DNA of 34,366 nt, taken from contig NW_008246110.1 in NCBI RefSeq assembly GCF_000281045.1, positions 76,655-111,020 of the forward strand, read 5' to 3'. Below are positions 12,881 through 23,142 of the stretch, in pieces. Every line of letters starts with the position of its first letter. The first letter of the stretch is position 1. Under the pieces are notes generated by a model. That model ran no database searches and was not told the origin of the DNA. It worked only from the letters and a program-made list of their open reading frames with translations. Source of the DNA: Saprolegnia diclina VS20. Taxonomy: Eukaryota. Position numbers and translations under genes: made by a program.

Positions 12881-14870
12881 TTATTTGCGCACAAACGCGT
12901 CCATGGGACCGCCCTTGCGCGGCTTCTTTGCCGTCGGCGCACGGTACGACTGCTGGAGGTCCATCGCGACGTGGTAGTCTTCGTGCTCGTGCCACGGCGT
13001 CGTAACGACCGCGTGGCACCGGTCGCAGAACCGGCCGTCGGACGATGGTGCACTCTTTGGGGCTTCAAAAAAGCGCGCGATCGTCGGCGGTGGTTGCTTG
13101 GCAGCGACGGGCGCCGGTGTATACAGCGCTTTGGACGCCGACGCCGAAAAGAAGCTCTTGATCGATGCCGGCGCCTTGGTCGGCTTGGCGACGACGGACG
13201 CTAGTGCCTCCTTCTGCGAATATGCCTGCGAATATGCGGCCGCTGGCTCCGCCGCCGCAACGGGCGCCGTCTTGAAAAAGTGAGTGATCGTCGCGCTCTT
13301 CTCGACGAGCGGGATAAAGTCGCGCGCGACGACCGCCAAATGCATACACGGCACGATCGAGGTGTGCTCGAGCAAGGGGAACATGGCCTGTGTCATGGAG
13401 GCCACGTCAATCTTGGGGGGCGCTGGAAACTTTTTTTGCATCGGCTTGTCGTTTAGGCGCTGATAACTTAGAGCAAACTGCGTCGGTGTGCGGTGGTTCT
13501 CGACGACTTCTTCCTCGTCATGCCGCAACACGACCTCTTCGCAGAGGATCGTGATCCAGTACTTGACACGGTCCAAGGACTGGACTGGCCCGACTTGATT
13601 GAAGCTCTTCATCGCAGAGACGTGCTGCGCCACGATCTTCTTGTCGTTGACGGGCTCGTCTCCGTCGCTGCCCGAGCACACGTTGAAGACAAACGTGCCC
13701 GTGTCGTGGCCAAGCTCGCGCTGCAAGCCGTCCAAGCCATACGCATTGAGGAGATCGCCGGCGACAATCCGGTCGGCGTCCGGCGCGATCTACACGACCT
13801 CCTACCGTGACGATGCATGGACTAGAAACACACAAACTACCTTTTTGCCGAGGTCGACGACGCGCTGCCCGAGCTTGCCGCCGAGCCCGCGGATCTTGGC
13901 GACAGGAAAGGTCTGCATAAAGTGTGCAATCGACCGGTCCGGAATGACCTAAGTACAGAGTGGTGGCGAAGGTTTTGTCGACTCGATGACATACGGTTTG
14001 GCCGCTGGGCTTGTTCATCGGCGATGCCTAGTGGATACCATTAGCGCCTCGAGCAGGGGACAACGGGAACCCGCACGAGCTTGGCGAGGAGCTTGTTGGA
14101 CGCGACGCCGACCGAGCACGTGTAGCGCAGCGTTGTGAGCACTTCGCGGCGGATCTCTTGGGCTATTGTCGCGCCAATACACAGCAGCTCCTCGTCCTCT
14201 GTGAGCGGGAAGACACTGCCGTCGACGCCGATGACCTGGACGTCAGCGTTGCGTGGGTCGTCGCAGTACGCGACCTCTGGCTTCTACGTCACCAAAGCCA
14301 CGCTATTCGATACAAACAGCGCGTGGCAACGACGTACGTTTGCTTGAAAGGCGGCGAGTCGCGCAGTTGCCTGGTCCGTCACGTCCAGGAAAGCTTCGTC
14401 GATGCTCGCCCGCTCGTACACGGGCGCGTGCTTGGCGAGGATGTGAAAGATCTCGCGGCTCGCCAAGCGGTAGCGCCGCAGAACGGCCTTTTGGCGCGAC
14501 CGGTCAAAGTGCGGGTTCTTGGTCAAGTCGGCGCCCGGCGGCGGCACGGACCCTTCGCCGATCGTTTCAACGTGCGGCTGGTGGCCACATGAGCCAGTGC
14601 TACCGCTGCGTCATAGCAAGCACGTACCAAGTGGATCTGTGGACACTTCTTGCGCGCATCGACAATGTAGTCGCCTAGAGCGCCGAATACATGAGCTGCA
14701 ATGTGGTGGCACGTACTGCGCGAGACGCCAAAGGGCCGGGCGGCGTAGTTGACAGCGAGCAAGCTGCCCCACTGCTGGACCGCGACGGGCTCGCCATCTG
14801 GGATACCGAGCCGGACGGCCTCGACCTGCGCGTAGAAGCAGTCGAGGTCGAGGTGCAAGATGACCCGCAT
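12881..14870 (-). CDS. POLH: Y-family translesion DNA polymerase eta; multi-exon
   Basis: Motifs: MRVILHLDLDCFYAQVE, AVQQWGSLLAVNYAAR, YERASIDEAFLDVT, YTCSVGVASNKLLAKL, NKPSGQT, IRGLGGKLG. The C-terminus has a UBZ finger (CDRCHAVVTTPWHEHEDYHVAMDLQ), an NLS (KKPRK) and a PIP-like MDAFV. TAA at 12881-12883. Confidence 0.93.
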
Positions 14871-16745
14871 GCGCGCTTGGCCGGTACGAAATGCGGCATC
14901 TTTATCCGGCGCGCCGGATACGAACGGCCAACAAGCAGTGTTTTTTGGAGGGAAGCGTGCACTGGCGTTGTCTCGCGCGTTGACGTGCGTCGATCTTAGT
15001 AGGGCAAGCCACTGCTTCTACTGCTGGCGAGGATGGGCAGATCAGGCGCGGAATTGCAGCCGGCGCCATCATGGACAATGTCAATGGAGATGCGTTGGTC
15101 GTTGCCCAGCCCTCTTGATGACATCAGCCGACGTACCACGTGTACATGCAGCAGGTCCTATGCACAGCGAGCCATGGTATGTATTGGGTCGTAGGCTTCC
15201 TCACCCAACTCCAAGCCGAACACAGACGGCAATCGATTAGCGTGAAGATGATGGTAGCTGCATGCTGCGCCTAGTACTGGCTGCAGCTGACGGCAAGGTG
15301 CGGCTGTCGCGATCGTCCTTCGGACATGCGCCTAGACACGGCGCCAGTCGTGTCAAATAATACATACGGGATGCGTGCCGATCCTCGTTCGTCAGTTGCC
15401 TCGTGTGGCTACTGGAACACATCTGCATGCCTTTGTGGTGCAACCGCTCATGCAATGTCGGAGCAGAACCCGCGCTGTCTTTGGCGCTTGGAGCGGCTTA
15501 GACGAGGCGGTCCAGAGGCAGCGCGAAAGGCTCGATCGCCATCACGATGCTTTAATTTGTAATGGCTCGAAGGAATCAGAATACGAATGCATGCTTCCTG
15601 GTCATGCTCGGCAGCGAAAGAGCAAAGTCACTGCGAGTCGGAAATATCGGTTCGTACATACCGAAGAGCCGCACAGCACATCCCGCCCCGCAAGCCTGTG
15701 ACGGTCGACGTCTCTGTCAAAAACAGGCTACCCCGTTGCAGCACCCCATAGACACGATCGCCATACAGGCGCGTGGTGGATCTTGGTCGAAGATATGGGG
15801 CTCTTGACGTATGCAGCAGACAAAACCACCCGTGCTGCGAGTGTCTTGGTCGCGACCAACCGCATTCCGCTCTCGTACCAGTAGGCGATGTACTGGTACT
15901 ATTGGGTCGACAGCATTTGGGGAGCGTGCCTCGCACCTTCCGCGAGGGTGGGATCGACCCCCGAATTCATGCAAGCACCGCATCGCTAATGGAGTTACGA
16001 GCTCACGAACGCGGCTCATGAGCGTACTCTTGGTCAAGCGCTATTGAGCACGAATCTGGGAATGGTTGAAGCCACTGTGCAAGCTGGGAATGCGGAAGCG
16101 TGGGACTCGGCAACATGCGCTTGCTCCAAAAGCACATGTTGCAGTAGCGTTCGCCTCTCGACCGCTCTTTGGGCCTTTGCAGCAAGCAGCGCCAGCCAGG
16201 TCCTTCGTTACATTCGAGAGACGGCGCGTTGGGAGTGCAACAAGATCAGTCCTCGCGCCCGCGTCGACTCGGATGGCCGTGGCACTTGCTACGGTTCGTC
16301 GATGGCTCGAGTACGTAGTCCTTCGCACACGCTTCGTGACGCCAATCATGCCAAGAGTATCTCCGATCTCTCGACGCAAGAATGATTATTGTACGGTGCC
16401 GGACGACGTCCTTTCTTTCGAGCTGCCATTTACCCAACACATCTTGCACCGAACAAGACCAAGGCCACGCCGTCGTGTCCTATATAGAGTCCCGCAGGGG
16501 GCGTCGTCGGCAGCGTGGTCGCGCCGATGATTTTTGCTCGTTGGGTTTGGGTCCAATACTGCCAACCGTGCGGGAATGATGGGTCCTTTCTTTGGGCCGA
16601 GATTCCGTGCACGTCCCACGCTTCCTTGATGAAGACTCAAAGGGTGGGATCGCCTGCGATAAACTGGTTGGGTGTAATGCACCTTTGGATCATGTGCCGA
16701 CGTGGGATGCGCGTGCACCCATGCGCCTGGTCTTGCGTCGACGAC

Positions 16746-16760
16746 CTCATTCGGCATTTG
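16746..16760 (+). promoter_or_regulatory. Oomycete Initiator + FPR core-promoter element
   Basis: CTCATTCGGCATTTG resembles the oomycete YCAYTYYNCAWTTY-type Inr/FPR consensus and lies just upstream of ATG 16799. Confidence 0.6.
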
Positions 16761-16798
16761 GCGGCCTCGCGCACACACCTCCCACCACTACCTCCAAC

Positions 16799-17467
16799 AT
16801 GCAGCACCAATGTGTCTTCAACGACTGCACCGCGATGGCGCTTCCGGACGCCAACAAGTGCGACTTTCACAAGAACCGCAAAATGTGCGTCGTCGCGCAC
16901 TGCAGCAACCAAGTGTACGCACGCGGTCGCTGCGTCCGGCACGGCGGCAAGAAGAAGTGCCAAGTCCCGACCTGCGAGTCGTATGCGCGCGGCGGCGACT
17001 TTTGCTCCGAGCACGGCGGCGCATCACCCAAGCGCTACTGCTCGGTCGCGGGCTGCCAAAAGCAAGCGCACGCCCGTAAAAAGTGCGTGCGCCACGGCGG
17101 CGGCCGCCTCTGCAAGCTGCCCGGCTGCCACCAGCACGCTCGCCTCGCGGGCTTTTGCCACCGCCACAACGAGTCCATGATGCCGGCGTCGTCTTCTTCC
17201 ACCGACAACGACGACGAGATGCTTGAAGCGCCGCTCTCAGTGGCCGAAATGGACGAGATCCTCGCGTCCGACCCGACGATGCTGTCGTTCTTGAACGAGT
17301 GGATGGCTGGGTCGTCGATCGAGCTCGCCCATCGTGTCAAGATGGAGATCGAGCCGACGCAGATCAAGCTCGAGCCGGAAGCACCCACGAGCCCAATGGA
17401 AGTCGAAATGTTCGACTGGCAGCTCGACGCCAACCTGTGGCAGGGCCTCGAGACCATGTTTTCCTAA
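16799..17467 (+). CDS. Oomycete Cx4C-x10-CxxHGG tandem zinc-finger protein ('WRKY19-like' zinc finger), putative transcription factor; single exon
   Basis: Five Cys/His units (e.g. CVVAHCSNQVYARGRCVRHGG, CSVAGCQKQAHARKKCVRHGGG) are followed by an acidic C-terminus. ATG 16799 lies about 40 nt after an Inr/FPR motif. Confidence 0.88.
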   Translation: MQHQCVFNDCTAMALPDANKCDFHKNRKMCVVAHCSNQVYARGRCVRHGGKKKCQVPTCESYARGGDFCSEHGGASPKRYCSVAGCQKQAHARKKCVRHGGGRLCKLPGCHQHARLAGFCHRHNESMMPASSSSTDNDDEMLEAPLSVAEMDEILASDPTMLSFLNEWMAGSSIELAHRVKMEIEPTQIKLEPEAPTSPMEVEMFDWQLDANLWQGLETMFS

Positions 17468-19009
17468 GTGCTGTCGCCGCTTCATATTATTTAATGCCGT
17501 TTTCGCTGTCTCCACTATAATACCACTTGTACGTTTTTTGTTCACTCTGGCATTGACCACAAATTTCGTTCCCTGCAACACAAAGGGTGCACAATTTTTG
17601 ACATCCAAACAGAATATATTGCACCCCTTTGGCAACGTTATCGCCTCGTATAACGCAACCATGCAGTATACACCGATGTGTACTTGTCCATTTTGCAGCT
17701 GGAACAGGAGGGTACGGTACAGTAAACGGCAAGGCGCCGCGGACTTCGCTGGAATATATCGGTAAAAGGAGTACCGCAGAGAACAAGTCAACCAGAAGCG
17801 CCACCAGACAAGGTGGTAACGCGAACCAGCAGCTTCACCAGCGCTTGTGCATGCGTCAGTTGTTTCTTGCATCGTCTGCGTTGATGGACACGCTTGACAC
17901 GGAATATGCTTGGCACTCGCTCTTTGAGAAGAAGGAAAGCGCGATCGCTTCCATCCGTTTCTGAGCACCACCCACGCATCAAGCAATTTGTCAAGGTGTT
18001 ACCAACCGGAACCCGTGACAATAATCTGCTACGCTTCTAGTCATCAGATTTGTGATCGTCGACACGGTGCGTGGCGCACACTGGTTGGTGCGAACCAAGC
18101 CGGGTCTACGTAAACGGACCTTCAACGTCCCCAAGGAGCCAAGGATCTGGTCGTGAGCACACACAGCTGGTGGCTGGCGAGGCCACCAGTCGAGATGTAT
18201 TCGGTTGCGTGCCGTGATGCCGTCATGCCGCGTATATTCCAGCGAAATTTGGTGTATATTCCAACACGGACCGAACGCAAATGAATCGGAGAACCCTCCT
18301 TCTTCAAGATCTTTTGATATGACGCGCTAAGTTCTCATCTCGTTCGTTTTACCAAGTACATGGGCTTGCTACAGCTTCGCTGCGGCCAAGGCGCGGTGTA
18401 AGCACCATCGCTTGCTTCGTGCGAAGCGCGGCGGGACTGGAATACATGTCCAAATTTCGCAAATCACATCTCCGCGGTGGGGTCGTGAAACCGGTCAGTT
18501 TTGCGGTATCAGATGCAAGCTGACTGAGCCATGTGCGATTGAAGTCTGGGACGATGGGTTTGCGCGCCTATGGTATTCCTAGTCCCAACACTAAAACACC
18601 AGTTTGGCGCAGATGCATGCCATGTCGCGCCAAAACGTTTGGTATCTTTGTTTGAACCAATCAAACGTCGAGAGAGGTGACACCTCGCACAACGCAGCCC
18701 CGATGACATGGCGTGCGGTGCCGCGTCTTTGTCCCAACTCACCATGTGAAAATCCTAATCAGCCAATTAGATCGATGTACTAGTCAAAAAGGCCAATGAT
18801 TGGTAGAAAGTTGCAGTCTGACATCTATGTCGCCCATCCCAGTCATCGAATGGTGTCATCGTTCATGTCCATGATGATAACTACCCCTACAACAGACTTT
18901 GCTGTGTATAGAGCCGTGTGTATTACAGTACATCCGATTGCAAGGAGACAGTTCTCTTACGAGCATACCAGCCTGGGGTCGCCATGACTCACAGCACGCG
19001 CCGATCACC

Positions 19010-19024
19010 CCATTTCTCAATTTG
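19010..19024 (+). promoter_or_regulatory. Oomycete Initiator + FPR core-promoter element, with upstream CCAAT boxes
   Basis: CCATTTCTCAATTTG lies about 30 nt upstream of ATG 19056. CCAAT occurs at ~18657, ~18763 and ~18793. Confidence 0.6.
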
Positions 19025-19055
19025 CCTCGACTCGATCCATCGATCTTGTACGGCC

Positions 19056-19655
19056 ATGCACTCGCCGTCTTGCGTCGTCAGTGGTTGTCAAGCGCCAGCG
19101 CTCTTTGGCCTTAACAAGTGCACGATGCACAAGAATCGCAAGATCTGCTCCGTCCACGACTGCTGCAACATTGTCTACGCGCGCCAGCTCTGCGTCCGCC
19201 ACGGCGGCAAGAAGCAGTGCAGCGAACCAACCTGCTCGGCTTACGCGCGAGGTGGCGACTATTGCGGCGACCACGGCGGCCTCTCGCTCAAGCGCTTTTG
19301 CATCGTCGAAGACTGCTTGCGCCAAGCCCACGCCAACCGCAAGTGTGTGCGGCACGGCGGTGGCCGGTTCTGCAAAGCCCCCGGGTGCCCCCAGCACTCG
19401 CGCCACGGCGGCTTTTGCCACCGCCACATGGTGCTGGAAACGCGCGTCCAGGCCAAGCGCGCACAGCCCGTGAGCTACATCAAGATCGAGCCCATGACCA
19501 GTGTCCCGTTTCTTCCCGAGCCCCAAAAGTACGAGCTCGACGCGATCGACTCATCGATTCTGTCGCTTCTGGACGACGAGTCGTGGGTGCACAGCGGCCC
19601 TTGCAGCCCCGACACGGTTGTAGCCTTCGACTGGCATCTCCATGCGTCGTCGTGA
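19056..19655 (+). CDS. Second HGG tandem zinc-finger protein, paralog of 16799-17467; single exon
   Basis: Same five-finger layout (NKCTMHKNRKICSVHDCCNIVYARQLCVRHGGKKQC...CSAYARGGDYCGDHGG...KCVRHGGGRFCKAPGC...GFCHRH) with an acidic tail. TGA at 19653-19655. Confidence 0.88.
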   Translation: MHSPSCVVSGCQAPALFGLNKCTMHKNRKICSVHDCCNIVYARQLCVRHGGKKQCSEPTCSAYARGGDYCGDHGGLSLKRFCIVEDCLRQAHANRKCVRHGGGRFCKAPGCPQHSRHGGFCHRHMVLETRVQAKRAQPVSYIKIEPMTSVPFLPEPQKYELDAIDSSILSLLDDESWVHSGPCSPDTVVAFDWHLHASS

Positions 19656-20625
19656 CGGCTAAACTACGACGATCAATAGTATTTATCCATGGATTCGCAA
19701 CGATTTCATCGGTCGCGATACGACCCAAAATGAATTCATCGATTTGAAGAAGAATTTATCGCTTTGATGCTACACTACTCGTACACATTGGTGCTAGTAT
19801 GTTGGAGATTGTCCTTTTGTGTATTTCTCAAGGTTGAATTCGCACCATGGCACGACTGCAGCAACTCCATAATTTCTGTAGTTGCGCGGAGCGTCGCACA
19901 CGTGCATGGAAAGGCCCGTGACGACGCCAAGCCAGCAACAAGAGACTCACATGATAAGCATCCAAGCACTAGAAAGCCAGTGTCCGCGACAGCAGTGCGC
20001 TGCTCTAGCCAAGGCAGCCAGTTGCTGAAGGCAGAGCTAGTTGGCGCCGTCATCCTGGAGGCATACGGATGAAGTTGCCTTGCACCGTGACGCCAAATAG
20101 GTGGTCGGTCCTCTTACCGCCTTGATCCGTCCAACCACGTGCTTGTCGCGCAAGAAAATAGTTAGTCATACGTGTGTCCTTGTGTTTAAGAGTAGGGTGT
20201 TACCGTGCACAGAGAACCCGTCGTCGGATATGTAGCTTGTACCGGTACCATCGCGCCATGGGACAACTCAAGGCAGCAACCAGCTCCGAGACTGCGTCCT
20301 GGTTATCTTCCTACCGGGTCGCCGGCAGCGCAAGCCGACGGCGCCGAAGCAGCGTCCTCGCCGGCCTGTCGACCGCGCACGCCGCCGGTGCCACCCGTGG
20401 CGCATCAACAAGGCCGCAAAGTGGCCGTCGCCACCGTACGTACGACCTGGAGACGACGGCTGGTCATGTCGCGACGACGATTGCACTGGCCTGTACGGTA
20501 CTGCAGTTTTGTGGCCGCGATGGTGTGCCAGTAATGAGTATCCGGACGTATCCGGTTGGCTGTTACAGGGTATGCGGACTATCCGGTTAAAGTCACGTCA
20601 GCGGCAACACCTTGCCACGTCTGCG

Positions 20626-22474
20626 ATGGGCTTTAACCCACGGTCGCTCTTCCAGTGGCTGCTCGTGCTCTCGGCCGCATGCTTCTTCCTCAACCTCCTC
20701 CTCCTCTCGGGCTCGACCAACCTGGTTCAGCGTAGCCCGCTCACGCACCTGCGCCACACGGTCGACCGCGTCCCGATTCGCACCGAGGCGCACACCGCTG
20801 CCACCAACGATCGCCGGCAGTTGCACGAGAAGCGGCGCGACCAGGTCGTCGACATGATGCGCTGGGCGTGGAAAGGCTACGAGACGCATGCGTTTGGCTA
20901 CGACGCCCTCGACGTCAAGCGCATGACGGGCACCGGCCTGCCAGGCCACGACATGGCCATTTCGCTTGTGGACTCGCTCGACACGCTCTACATCATGGGC
21001 CTCGACGCCGAGTTTCAGCGCGCGGCCGAGTGGGCGGAGGCCAACATGGCCGAACGCTTCGAGCAGCATACGCCCATCAGCATCTTTGAGACGACGATCC
21101 GCATCTTGGGGTACGCGCAATGGCAGTAATTGCGACCATGAACGCTGTTGATGTGTAGTGGCCTCTTGTCGGCGTACAACCTTTCGGGGCGCGAAGCGCT
21201 TCTGAAGCTCGCCGACGACCTCGGCACGCGCCTCCTCCGCGGGCTCCAGACGGACACGCTCCCGCTCTCGCTTGTCGACTTGATCGTACGCGCAGCCTCG
21301 ACTCATGCCCTTCCAACGCGTTGTCCTGGGTTAGAGCGGTCAGACGTCAGGTCGCAGCTTCATTGCTGAATTTACGACGATCCAGCTCGAGTTCAAGTAC
21401 CTAAGTCTTCTCACAAAAGACCCGACGTACCACGATGCGGCCGAAGAGGTGATGGACAAGGTGCGTCCATTTTCGTTGTATTTTGTGCAAGAAGCTTTTG
21501 TAGGTCGCTGAAATGGTCGAGCGCGAGTACCCCGCGGGCATTCTTCCCGTTCAAGTCGAGAGTTATGCGACCCGGTACGACGATGCGTCGTCTTGTCTCT
21601 TGCCCCTGATGCATGCTGCGTAGCTTGATTCCTGGGCCGCTCAAGCTCGGCGCCGGCGGCGACAGCTACTACGAGTACTTGCTCAAGCAGGTTACCCTTT
21701 GCGTGCGATATCATCGATCTCATATTCTCCGACTGCAGTGGATCTTCTCGGGCAACAAGCAAGACAAGTACAAGGAGCGGTACCTCCAAGCCGTGCATGG
21801 CATGATGACCAAGCTCAAGGGCAAGACGAAGAAGTCGGGTCTCGTCTTCCTTGGCGAGCTCGGCACGGACGGCGTCCTCGTGCCCAAGATGGACCACCTC
21901 GTGTGCTTCATCCCTGGCATGCTCGCTCTCGGGTACATGAACGGGATGCCCGATGCGCACCTCGAGCTCGCCAAGGACCTCCTTGAATCGTGCTGGGAGG
22001 TACGACGCGTCATCTGCTGCTCATCGAGTCGTTGGACATTACACTGGAATGTAGATGTACAACCAAATGGGAAGCAAGCTCGCGCCAGAGATTGTGTACT
22101 TTGAGACCGACTCGGACGTCGCGGACCTCCGCGTCTCGTCCAACGACGCCTTCAACATTCTGCGCCCCGAGACCGTCGAGAGTCTCATGATTCTGTACCG
22201 TCTCACCAAAGATGAAAAGTACCGCGAGCGCGGCGCTATCATCCTCGATGCTTTCGAGCGCAACTGCAAGCTTCCGGACGGCGGCTACTCGAGCGTCTCG
22301 AACGTCGACGCGCCGATCGCGACCAAGTTTTTTCGCCCCGAGATGGAGAGCTTCTTCATGGCCGAGACGCTCAAGTACTTGTACCTCCTCTTCTCGGACG
22401 ACGCGGTTGTGCCGCTCGACACGTTTGTCTTCAACACGGAAGCCCATCCGTTCCCGATTCAGCCCCACGACTAA
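20626..22474 (+). CDS. Class I alpha-1,2-mannosidase (glycoside hydrolase family 47), type II membrane protein; multi-exon
   Basis: N-terminal TM (LFQWLLVLSAACFFLNLLLL). Motifs: WAWKGYETHAFGYD, SLVDSLDTLYIMGL, FETTIRILG|GLLSAY, AEFTTIQLEFKYLS, GAGGDSYYEYLLK, MDHLVCFIPG, ILRPETVESL, MESFFMAETLKYLYLLF, FNTEAHP. Confidence 0.95.
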
Positions 22475-22729
22475 GAACTAAGATCTGAGATCTCAGCACG
22501 CGACAATCCAAGTACACCTACCCCTTACGCTACATGACGAGCAAGTTTGTGTTGTGGGTGGTACAACGCGGGCATTGTCATGTACTTTTGCGCTAAATAA
22601 TACTAGTAAATGAGTCGTAGTTCGTCACAAACCAATGATATACGTGGCAGCAGCTCGTGGCAGCGCGATTCGGGATGCCAGTTCACGGTCTGAGCGCTAT
22701 TTGGGTGCGCTTTTGTGCAAAACGAGATG

Positions 22730-22781
22730 GAGGTGCGTCTTCGATGCATGAGGTGCGGCTTCGATACATGAGGTGCATCTT
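22730..22781 (+). repeat. 20-bp tandem repeat (about 2.6 copies) upstream of APC11
   Basis: The copies are gaggtgcgtcttcgatgcat / gaggtgcggcttcgatacat / gaggtgcatctt. Confidence 0.8.
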
Positions 22782-22806
22782 TCTAGTTGGCAATTCGGAA
22801 GCGAGC

Positions 22807-23110
22807 ATGAAGATCACGATCAAGCGGATCCATGGCGTCGCGACGTGGTCCTGGGGCGTCGACGAAGAGTGCTGTGGCATCTGCCGCTGCGCCTTTGAGG
22901 CCTGCTGCCCCGACTGCTCGGCGCCGGGCGACGCCTGCCCGCCAGGTACGCGGCGCAGCATGCGACGGTGGCCCTCATCCGCGCCTAGTGTGGGGCAACT
23001 GCAACCATGCGTTCCACATGCACTGCCTCGTCAAGTGGCTCGAGTCGCTCCAGTCGGCGCGCCAGCACTGCCCCATGTGTCGTCAAGAGTGGAAGTTCCG
23101 CGAAGGGTAG
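22807..23110 (+). CDS. APC11: Anaphase-promoting complex subunit 11 (RING-H2); 2 exons, intron 22946-22988
   Basis: Spliced product: MKITIKRIHGVATWSWGVDEECCGICRCAFEACCPDCSAPGDACPP|VWGNCNHAFHMHCLVKWLESLQSARQHCPMCRQEWKFREG*. Confidence 0.95.
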
Positions 23111-23142
23111 ACAAAGAGGAGCATCTTTACGAAACACGACTA

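Noticed and set aside
14860..16780. Numerous 60-150-aa ORFs between POLH and the first zinc-finger gene
   Set aside because: They show no codon bias, domain motifs or consistent splice pattern, so I treated the region as intergenic.
16799..19655. Calling the zinc-finger genes true WRKY transcription factors
   Set aside because: There is no WRKYGQK motif. The similarity is only to the HGG Cys/His repeat region of WRKY19-like proteins.
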